DNA of 64,000 bases, taken from assembly GCA_026770705.1 (NCBI GenBank), contig JANJGN010000009.1, positions 163,184,001 to 163,248,000 of the forward strand. Reading direction: 5' to 3'. This document shows positions 1 through 9,000 of this stretch, one piece after another. Position 1 is the first letter of the stretch. Each line of letters begins with the position of its first letter. The notes beneath the pieces were generated by a model, which saw only the letters and a list, made by a program, of their open reading frames with translations, was not told where the DNA came from and searched no databases. This stretch comes from Isurus oxyrinchus. Taxonomy: Eukaryota. The translations under genes and the position numbers were made by a program.

Positions 1-800
1 CAAGGGGCTGGAGTTGGTGCTGGCAATGGAGAGAGCAGACAGCAGCTCAGAAGCAATCAAGGGAGCACAAAATGGAGCCGTTCTTCACATTATGGGGAAG
101 GCACCGGTTAGAAATGGCACGCAAGCGCAGGGGTCCGCAGAAAGGAGGGAAACAGCTTCCATTAACAGACCAGCAAAAAGCAATGGCTTAACGGAGAAAA
201 CCACATTAGTAACAGCAGAACCTGAACCAGGCAGCCTACAAACAAACAACAATTTAAAGGAACTGAAGATTCTACTGCCATCACAATGGACTCATTATAC
301 GATGTTGTCAAGAGAGATTGAGGCAAAGTTTCAAACAAAAAGGTGGAAGTCAGGAGATTTTTATAATGGAGGAGCCAGAAAAAATTGAGTCAGATATTTA
401 TTTGCTACACAACTTATAAATGGGCAAAAGAGAGGCAGTTTACGCAACAGTAGAAGTCAACAGAAAACCCATTCGAGTGGAGGTGGGAATAAGCACATCC
501 ACGGCTGTAATAGGGGAACACATGTTTAAGTATCTGAATGGAGGAGGTCACTCACTGAATGTGGAAACCTCAGTTGCCAGACTATGCCAGAATGGTGCAT
601 TCATTTGGATACGCGGGGCACCCCTTTTGAAGAGGTAAGGTACTCCTTTGGATTTGGTCCTGGGGCACCATTGGCAGAGGTGGCCTTGGGTGGAGGTGAG
701 ATGGCCTTTGGAATTGTTAAAAGTAGGCATAAATGTGTATAAAATGTGCATAAACTCATTACTGTCAAGGTCATTGGAACCATCAACAGATCTGTTGAAA
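1..800 (+). mobile_element. Degraded Ty3/Gypsy-type gag-protease remnant
   Basis: ORF 420-638 (VEVNRKPIRVEVGISTSTAVIGE) resembles a decayed retropepsin region of the 'NGxPxxMEVDTGAxxSVI' type. The frames are broken. Confidence 0.5.
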
Positions 801-1444
801 TCAACTGTCAGAACAGTTGGAAGAACCTGTCAAAGGGGCTGTCAGAATGTCCAGAAGACCTGCCAAGATTGTCAAGAGGACGTTTTTAAAAGCAACTGTC
901 GAAGGGAGCTGTCAAGCTGTCAAGGCTTTTAAAAGATCAGCCCTTTAAATAAAAAAAATGTCTGGAGTGTTAAAAAAATATTTTTTGTCATGGGTACAGG
1001 GACACAAGTTAATTGGAGGATATGGGGGGATTATGGGGTGTGTGTATAGTGGCATGAGGTGGCATGAATGGGGCATGGTGTGTGTACGGAGGGGTGAGAG
1101 GGCGAGGGGTGAGGGCTGGAGGGAGTTTTCTTTCTCACTTTATTGTTTTGTTTTCAATTTTCCACACAGTGCCGGTGCACAGAGACAGGCCTTCCATTCA
1201 GCCCACCCCTAACCTGGCAGCCCCTGAACCTGTTCCGGGGATCTGGGCCTGACCACTAACCCAGCTCGCAACCACGGAATGAAATTCCCAACGTCCGGGC
1301 ATCCTCTTCCTGGGTCGGGTTTGTGGGTCGGGAAAACGTCGCAATTCTCTGCACCCGACCCGGAAGCAGAAATCAAGGCCGCAATTCCATGTTTCCACTA
1401 CACTTGGCGTGAAAATTGTTTCCTACTGTCACTTTGCACCCATT

Positions 1445-2800
1445 TGTCAATTCATTAAATCCTGAACGCCAGCGCATGTGCTGTTACTTCCACCAGTGAC
1501 ATCATTTAAATATGTATTTTATACTTGAACTGCTTTCTATTACGAGGGTGGTGCCTCTTTGACCATTAACAGAAATCCTCTTATTTCAGCTTTCATTCCT
1601 ATCATTTTAACACTTCAGCTGAAGTTGACAAAATAGAAAAGGTTTGCATTTCTGTTGTGCTTTTCCCGACCAACGTACATCTCCAAGTGCTTTCCAGCCA
1701 ATGAAGTACTTTTGAAGTGTATTCACTGTTGTAATGTAGGAAATGCAGCAGCCAATTTCTGCACAGAAAGCTCCCACAAACACCAATGCCAAACTGGCCA
1801 CATAACCTGCTTTTTTTATGCCGATTGAGGTTATGTCCCAGGACACCAGGGATAATTCCTCTGCTCTGCTTTGAAGAGTGCCGTGGGATCTCTTACATCC
1901 ACTTGAACAGGATGATAGGGCCTGTGGGTTTAATGTCTCATCCAAAATATCGCACCTATGACGGTGTAGCACTCGCTCAGTGCAGCTCTGGATTGTCAGC
2001 TTTGATTTTTGCCGTTATAGTGGGTGAACCTTGTGATTCAGAGAGGAGAGTAGCACCTAGTGAGCCACAACTTGCAGTTAAAGAGATCAATGCGTGACAA
2101 AGTAAATGTAATGTTGGTCCTATTCCAGCCTGACTGGAGTGTTGTTTCATTACTGTCTGGGAATTATAATATTAAAGTTATTGTTGAGCTGGCATCTAAA
2201 TTTTGCTTCCAAATATAACTTTTGAGCTTTTGGCTCTTGGTCATTAATCTATTAATGTTTAGAATTATAGCAGCGCTGTTTTAATAAGCATTCCCACAAT
2301 GTACTCTGGTAACTGAATAGTTAAAATGGAAAGTTTCTTGCATTGTTTCTTTGAAAATATTTTTGGTGTGAGGAAGCAAAGAACATTTACCATCCACTTT
2401 GACTGTGTGTGAAAATGCTTCAAACAAAGCAAGCAAGAGATGACTGGTGTAAAAGGAGGACAGGGGGTGTGAGGAGAGGGCAGTGGGAGTCACAGAGAGG
2501 GAGATTGTGACTGGGCTGCTTGTGTTAATACCAAAATGATTTAGCCGCGCAGTGTGGTTCCACCCAACATTTCAGCCTTTTAGCCTTTTCCTGACAGCCG
2601 AGTTTGCTGGAATCTATGCCTTCCGTATGGATTCACAGGCACGGCAGCTACATGTGTAGCAAGGGCCCCCTCTGCAGTTGCAGCATCATAAACTCAGCCT
2701 TTTAGATATTGCCCTCCTGTACTGGAATCACAAGCAGTTTCTCTGCATCTACCTGTATTATATCGAATGCCTGAATAATTTTAAATAGCTCAGTCACCTC
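1445..2800 (+). ncRNA. Putative long hairpin 1 of the unit RNA (shown for unit 1; repeated in each full unit)
   Basis: Colinear helices found by eye: 1527-1553/2707-2740, 1554-1593/2426-2459, 1603-1613/2407-2417 (10/11 paired), 1703-1717/2349-2363 (14/15), 1836-1845/2154-2162 and 1893-1898/2106-2111. G-U pairs favour the + strand. Confidence 0.65.
1640..2075 (-). mobile_element. Deu-domain SINE (SacSINE1/AmnSINE1-like), one per unit
   Basis: Reverse-strand Deu core (CCCAGGACACCAGGGATAATTCCTCTGCTC...GGTTTAATGTCTCATCC...GCACTCGCTCAGT) with a tRNA-like head remnant near 2025-2070. Recognised from memory of the consensus. Confidence 0.75.
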
Positions 2801-3300
2801 ATTCCAAGAGTTTTCCAAGCTCAAGGGAATACAAGTCACATTTACGCAATCAACCTTTTCAATTTAACTCTTTAAGCCCTGCAATCATTCTGGTGAATTG
2901 ACACTCTTCTCTTTCTAAAGGCAATATTTCTACCTGAGGCTCGATGTCCAAAGGTGGATACAGAATTCCAGAACAGATCCCTCCAAGACTCTGTACAACT
3001 GAAATATAATTTCCTCATTTTGGAATTTCAATCCCCTTAAAGTAAAAGCCAATGTTCCATGAACCTTTTAGATTATTTCCTGTACCTATGCAGTGGAGTT
3101 TAGCGATGGGTGTATATGGACAAACTAATCACTTTGCTCCTCCACAACATCTAGCCTCTCACCATGAAGAAATTATTCTGATGTGTCCTTCTCAGATCCA
3201 AAGTTGATGAACTCACCACTTCCCTACATTGACCTCCATCTGCCATAGATTTGTCCATTCACTTTGTCTATGTCCTTGTGTAACTTCCGGTTTCAATCCC
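2745..3300 (-). mobile_element. Old CR1 LINE ORF2 fragment (antisense), one per unit
   Basis: Reverse complement of the CR1 'WQMEFNV.KCE' and 'RMIPGLKGL...LGLYSLE' segments; see the paralogous ORFs 19775-19975 and 41577-41825. Confidence 0.8.
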
Positions 3301-3389
3301 AATTTACAATCTAGATCAGGAGGATGATCCTCTCTGTAATGTTATTGCCTTTGATGTGAAGATGATAATTCACTCAAGTGGCACCAGTT

Positions 3390-3960
3390 TTTTTTTATTA
3401 TTCATTCACGGAATGTGGGCTTCGCTGGCTGGGCCAGCATTTATTGCTCATCCCTAGTTGCCCTTGAGAAGGCGGTAGTGAGCTGCCTTCTTGCACCGCT
3501 GCAATCCATGTGGTGTAGGTACACCCACAGCGCTGTTAGGGAGGGAGTTCCAGGATTTTGACCCAGCGACAGTGAAGGAACGGCCGATATATTTCCAAGT
3601 CAGAATGGTGAGTGACTTGGAGGGGAACTTCCTGGTGGTGGTGTTCCCATCTATCTGCTGCCTTTGTGATTCTAGATGGTAGTGGTCGTGGGTTTGGAAG
3701 GTGCTGTTGAAGGAGCCTTGGTGAATTTCTGCAATGCATCTTGTACATGGTACACGCTGCTGCTACTGCGCATTGGAGTTGGAGGGAGTGAATATTTGTG
3801 GATGTGATGCCAATCCGTTGGGCTGCTTTGTCCTGGACTGTCAAGCTTCTTGTGTGAGCTGCACTTATCCAGGGAAGTGGGTAGTATTCCATCACACTCT
3901 TGATTTTTGCCTTGTAGATGGTGGACAGTCTTTGGGGAGTCAGGAGGTGGGTTACTCGTC
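3390..3960 (-). mobile_element. 3' end of a non-LTR retrotransposon (LINE), antisense, one per unit
   Basis: Minus-strand ORFs read STIYKAKIKSVMEYSPLAWMSAAP...QDKAAHLIG...IHSLHLRR.VAA...YKMHC...SWNSLP, a typical LINE ORF2 C-terminus. The A-rich tail is seen as a T-run at ~3388. Confidence 0.8.
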
Positions 3961-4059
3961 AATTCCTATGGCAACTCGAACTCCTCAATTAGAAATGAAA
4001 CACTTGTCATATGGAATTCTGCAACTGAGATTGAGGCTGTTTGGCCAGGGAGTGCTTCA

Positions 4060-4345
4060 CATAAACTCAGCTGACACCTCAACACCATACAAAGATCGTG
4101 CTCTATTGCCAGATGAAATGTTATCTGAGAGTCCAAACTGTTTGTTCAGGTACCAAATGTGGCCATGACGCTACTTGAGGAACAGCAGAGGAATTGGCTC
4201 AGTGTCCTGGCTGAAACAGGTTATCTCGTCATTTAGCTCCTTTGCTGTTTTTTCTGTGTCCATATTGTCTGTCATTTTTGCCTAAATAATAACAGTAACA
4301 CTTCAAAACTAACCTCTTGAGTGTAGCTTGAAATGTCTTTAAGAC
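4060..4345 (+). mobile_element. Highly decayed Deu-domain SINE (sense), one per unit
   Basis: Residual similarity to the Deu core: GCTGACAC...CAGATGAAATGTTA...CCATGACGCTACTTGAGGAACAGCAGAGGAATT...GTGTCCTGG...GGTTATCTCGTCATT...ACACTTCAAAA. Confidence 0.6.
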
Positions 4346-4499
4346 ACGAAAATCGTGAAACTATAGAAACCATCCTTGAAACCTCAAGTGAAACTTTCAT
4401 TTTGCTGTGGACTTATCCTAGACTGAAACTACTGATCGCTTCTCGTTAGATGCAGCTACAACAAGGATTAACTAACCCAATGCCATCTAGAATCTTGAC

Positions 4500-5455
4500 C
4501 TGGCAGATGGAGTTTAATGTGGGAAAATGTGGAATTGTCCATTTTGGCAGGAAGATTAAAAAAGAAGAAAATTATCTGAATGGTGAGAGATTACAGAGCT
4601 CTGAGATGCAGAGGGAGCTGGGTGTTTTAGCGCATGAATTCTAAAAGGTTAGTATGCAGCGACAGCAAGTAATTAGGAAAGTTAATAGAATGTTTACAAG
4701 AATGTTGACAGAGTTAGAAAAGTGTAGCTACAAGGAGAGATTGGATAGGTTGGGGTGATTTTCCTTAGAACAAACAAGGCTGAGAGGTGACTTGATTGAC
4801 AGAATTATGATGGGAATAGATAGAGTGGACAGGATAAAGTTGTTTCCCTTGGTGGAGAATTCTAGAACCAGAGAACATAGATTCAAGATAAGTGGCAGAA
4901 GGTGTAGGGGGGACATGAGGATGAACTTTTTTACGCAGAGGGTAGTGGGTGTCTGGAATTCGGTGCCCAAGTTGGTGGTAGAGGCAGAAATTTTAAACTC
5001 TTTTAAAAAGTACCTGGAACTGCACCTAAAGTGCTGTAAGCTGCAGGGCTATGGGCCGGGTGCAGGAAGGTGGGATTAGAAAAGGCACCTGTGTGTCCTC
5101 GGGCTGGCATGGACAAGATGCGCCGAATGGCCTCCTTCTGTGCTGTAACATTTCCATTGTTCTATGGTTCTAAAGTTATTGTTTATTTTGAGGGGAATTG
5201 AGTACAAAAGTAGGGAGGTTATGCTTCAGTTATACAGGCCGTTGGTGAGACCCACATTTGGAGTACTTTATACCGTATTGGTTTCCTTATTTAAGGAAGG
5301 ATGTAAATGCATTAGAAGCAGTTCACAGGTCTACTAGGCTAATACCTGGAATGGACAGGTTGTCTTATGAGGAAATGTTGGACAGGTTTGGCTTGTATCG
5401 ACTGGAATTTAGAAGAGTAAGAGGCGACTTGATTGAAACATGAGGGATATTGAAA
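4500..5455 (+). mobile_element. CR1 LINE ORF2 fragment with a nested CR1 3' end (~4690-5170), one per unit
   Basis: WQMEFNVGKC.IVHFGRK; LGLFSLEQRRLRGDLI...FFTQRVVGVWNSLP; a 3' UTR ending TTCTATGGTTCTA; then the host CR1 resumes (EYKSREVML.LY...LEFRRVRGDLIET). Confidence 0.9.
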
Positions 5456-5924
5456 GGGTGTCAATTCATTAAATCCTGAACGCCAGCGCATGTGCAGTTA
5501 CTTCCAGCAGTGACATTATTTAAATATGTATTTTATACTTGAACTGCTTTCTATTACGAGGGTGGTGCCTCTTTGACCATTAACAGAAATCCTCTTATTT
5601 CAGCTTTCTTTCCTATTATTTTAACACTTCAGATGAAGTTGACAAAATAGAAAAGGCTTGCATTTCTATCATGCTTTTCCCGACTAATGGACATCTCCAA
5701 GTGCTTTACAGCCAACAAAGTACTTTTGAAGTGTATTCACTGTTGTAATGTCGTAAATGCAGCAGCCAATTTCTGCACAGCCAGCTCCCACAAACACCAA
5801 TGCGACACTGGCCGCATAACCTGCTTTTTTTATGCCGATTGAGGATATGTCCCAGGACACCAGGGATAATTCCTCTGCTCTGCTTTGAAGAGTGCCCTGG
5901 GATCTCTTACACCCACTCGAACAG

Positions 5925-6062
5925 GACAGTTCTGCTGAAGGGTCATGAGGACTCGAAAGATCAACTCATTTCTTCTCCGCCGATGCTGCCAGATCTGCTG
6001 AGTTTTTCCAGGTAATTCCCTTTTTGTAATGGATTTCCAGCATCCACAGTTTTTTGTTTTTA
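5925..6062 (+). mobile_element. Short Penelope 3'/pseudo-LTR insertion in unit 2
   Basis: Absent from the other units. Contains CTGCTGAAGGGTCATGAGGACTCGAAA...GATGCTGCCAGATCTGCTGAG and is flanked by an imperfect duplication (ACTCGAACAGGA / ACTCAAACATGA). Confidence 0.85.
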
Positions 6063-9000
6063 ACTCAAACATGATGATAAAACCTGAGGGTTTAATGTCT
6101 CATCCAAAATATGGCACCTTTGACGGTGTAGCACTCGCTCAGTGCAGCCCTGGATTGTCAGCTTTGATTTTTGCCGTTATAGTGGGTGAACATTGTGAAT
6201 CAGAGAGGAGAGTAGCACCAATTGAGCCACAACTTGCAGTTAAAAAGATCAATGCGTGACAAAGTAAATGTAATGTTGGACCTACTCCAGCCTGACTGGA
6301 GTGTTGTTTCATTACTGTCTGGGAATTACAATATTAAAGATATTGTTCAGCTGGTGTCTAAATTTTGCTTCCAAATATAACTTTTGAGCTTTTGGCTCTT
6401 GGTCATTAATATATTAATGTTTAGAATTATAGCAGAGCTGTTTTAATAAGCATTCCCACAATGTACTCTGGTAACTGACTTGTTAAAATGTAAAGTTTCT
6501 AGCATTGATTTTTTAAAAATACTTTTGGTGTGAGGAAGCAAAGTACATTTACCATCCACTTTGACTGTGTGTGAAAATGCTTCAAACAAAGCAAGCAAGA
6601 GATGACTGGTGTAAAAGGAGGACAGAGGGTGTGAGGGGAGGGCAGTGGGAGTCATGGAGACGGAGATTGAGACTGGGCTGCTTGTGTTAATACCAGAATG
6701 ATTTAGCCCCACAGTGTGGTTCCACCCAACATTTCAGCCTTTTAGCCTTTTCCTGACAGCCGAGTTTGCTGGAATCCATGCCTTCCGTATGGAATCACAG
6801 GCACGGCAGCTACATGTGTAGCAAGGGCCCCCTCTGCAGTTGCAGCATCATAAACTCAGCCTTTTAGATCTTGCCCTCCTGTACTGGAATCACAAGCAGT
6901 TTCTCTGCGTCTACCTGTATTACATCGAATCGCTGAATAATTTTAAATAGCTCAGTCAACTCAGCCATTTACTTACTAAGCTCAAGGGAATACAAGCCAC
7001 ATTTATGCAATCAAGATTCTGAATTTAACCCTTTAAGCCCTGGAATCATTCTGATGAATTTTTACTCTTCTCCTTCCAAAGGCAACATTCCTACCTGAGG
7101 CTCGATGTCCAAACGTGGATACAGAATTCCAGAGCAGATCCCTCCAAGACTCTGTACAACTGAAATATCAATTCCTCATTCTGGAATTTCAATCCCCTTG
7201 AAGCAAAAGCCAATGTTCCATGAACCTTTTAGATTATTTCCTGTACCTGGGCAGTGGCGTTTAGCGATGGACAAACTAATCACTTTGCTCCTCCACAACA
7301 TCTAGCCTCTACCAGTAAGAAATCATTCTGACTTGTCCTTCTCAAAGTTGATGAACTCACCACTTCCCTACATTGAGCTCCATCTGCCATAGATTTGTCC
7401 ATTCATTTTGTCTATGTCCTTGTGTAACTTCCGGTTTCCATCCCAATTTACAATCTAGATCAGGAGGATGATCCTCTCTGTAATGTTATTGCCTTTGCTG
7501 TGAAGATGATAATTCACTCCAGCGGCACCAGTTTTTTTTTATTATTCATTCACGGGATGTGGGCTTCGTTGGCTGGGCCATCATTTTATTGCCCATCCCT
7601 AGCTACCCTTGAGAAGGTGGTGGTGAGCTGCCTTTTTGAACCGCTGCAGTCCCTGTGGTGTAGGTACACCCACAGTGCTGTTAGGAATGGAGTTCCAGGA
7701 TTTTGACCCAGCGACAGTGAAGGAACGGCCAATATATTTCCAAGTCAGGATGGTGAGTGACTTGGAGGGGAACCTCCAGGTGGTGGTGTTCCCACCTATC
7801 TGCTGCCCTTGTAATTCTAGATGGTAGTGGTCGTGGGTTTGAAATGTGCTGTTGAAGGAACCTTGGTGAATTCCTGCAGTGCATCTTGTAGATGGTACAT
7901 GCTGCTGCTACTGCGCATCGGAGGTGGAGGGAGTGAATATTTATGGATGTGATGCCAACTAAGTGGGCTGCTTTGTCCTGGACTGTCAAGCTTCTTGTGG
8001 GAGCTGCACTCATCCAGGCAAGTGGGCAGTGGTCCATCACTCTCTTGATTTTTGCCTTGAGGATGGTGGACAGGCTTTGGGGAGTCAGGAGGTGGGTTAC
8101 TCGTCAATTCCTACGGCAACTCCTACTCCTCAATTAGAAATGAAACACTTGTCATATGGAATTCTGCAACTGAGATTGAGACTGTTTGGCCAGGGAGTGC
8201 TTCACATAAACTCAGCTGACACCTCAACACCATACAGAGATCGTGCTCTATTGCCAGATGAAATGTTATCTGAGAGTCCAAACTGTTTGTTCAGGTACCA
8301 AATGTGGCCATGACGCTACTTGAGGAACAGCAGAGGAATTGGCTCAGTGTCCTGGCTGAAACAGGTTATCTCGTCATTTAGCTCCTTTGCTGTTTTTTCT
8401 GTGTCCATATTGTCTGTCATTTTTGCCTAAATGATAACAGTAACACTTCAAAACTAACCTCTTGAGTGTAGCTTGAAATGTCTTTAAGACAAGAAATGCG
8501 TGAAACTATAGAAACCTTCCTTGAAACCTAAAGTGAAACTTTCATTTAGCTGTGGACTTATTCTAGACTGAAACTACTGATCGCTTCTCAATCGATGCAG
8601 CTGCAACAAGGATTAACTAACCCAATGCCATCTAGAATCTTGACCTGGCAGATGGAGTATAATGTGGGAAAATGTGGAATTGCAGTGCTCTGAGATGCAG
8701 AGGGAGCTGGGTGTTTTAGCGCATGAATTCTAAAAGGTTAGTATGCAGCGACAGCAAGTAATTAGGAAAGCTAGTAGAATGTTTAAAGGAATGTTGCCAG
8801 GGTTAGAAAAGTGTAGCTACGAGGAGAGATCGGATAGGTTGGGGTTATTTTCCTTAGAACAAAGAAGGCTGAGAGGTGATTTGATTGACAAAATTATGAG
8901 GGGAATAGATTGAGTGGACAGGATAAAGTTGTTTCCCTTGGTGGAGAATTCTAGAGGCAGGGGGCATAGATTCAAGATAAGTGGCAGAAGGTGTAGGGGG

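Larger units (their letters stand above)
2800..5458 (+). ncRNA. Putative long hairpin 2 of the unit RNA (shown for unit 1; repeated in each full unit)
   Basis: Helices with a near-constant register (coordinate sum ~7740-7765): 3220-3245/4501-4525, 3273-3279/4461-4467, 3321-3327/4413-4419, 3550-3566/4194-4210 (15/17) and 3612-3621/4145-4153. Helix 2829-2837/5390-5398 is shifted by about the length (~480 bp) of the looped-out CR1 piece. Confidence 0.65.

Noticed and set aside
1523-1640. Array islands as repeated minus-strand exons of the neighbouring receptor gene
   Set aside because: An acceptor-like sequence exists, but all three frames hit early stops and the donors are weak. The pairing asymmetry favours a + strand RNA.
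1680-1720. AAGTGCT (miR-430/miR-302-type seed) in each unit
   Set aside because: It is part of the ordinary SINE tail, lies in a polymorphic stretch and has no compact pre-miRNA hairpin.
2514-2581. GGCTG...CAGCCTTTT resembling a Y RNA or vault RNA terminal stem with a Pol III terminator
   Set aside because: The Y RNA and vault internal motifs are absent, and the 5' strand varies disruptively between units.
3734-4168. Recurrent 116-144-aa + strand ORF ending ...NCLFRYQMWP in all full units
   Set aside because: It is made of antisense LINE plus decayed SINE sequence. Most copies lack an ATG start, units 2 and 9 have frame changes, and there is no domain signature. Its conservation is better explained by RNA pairing, although Ribo-seq or dN/dS could overturn this.
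6709-6736. CACAGTG + 12 nt + ACATTTCAG resembling a V(D)J recombination signal
   Set aside because: The nonamer matches ACAAAAACC poorly, the heptamer is mutated in several units, and there is no adjacent V, D or J coding segment.
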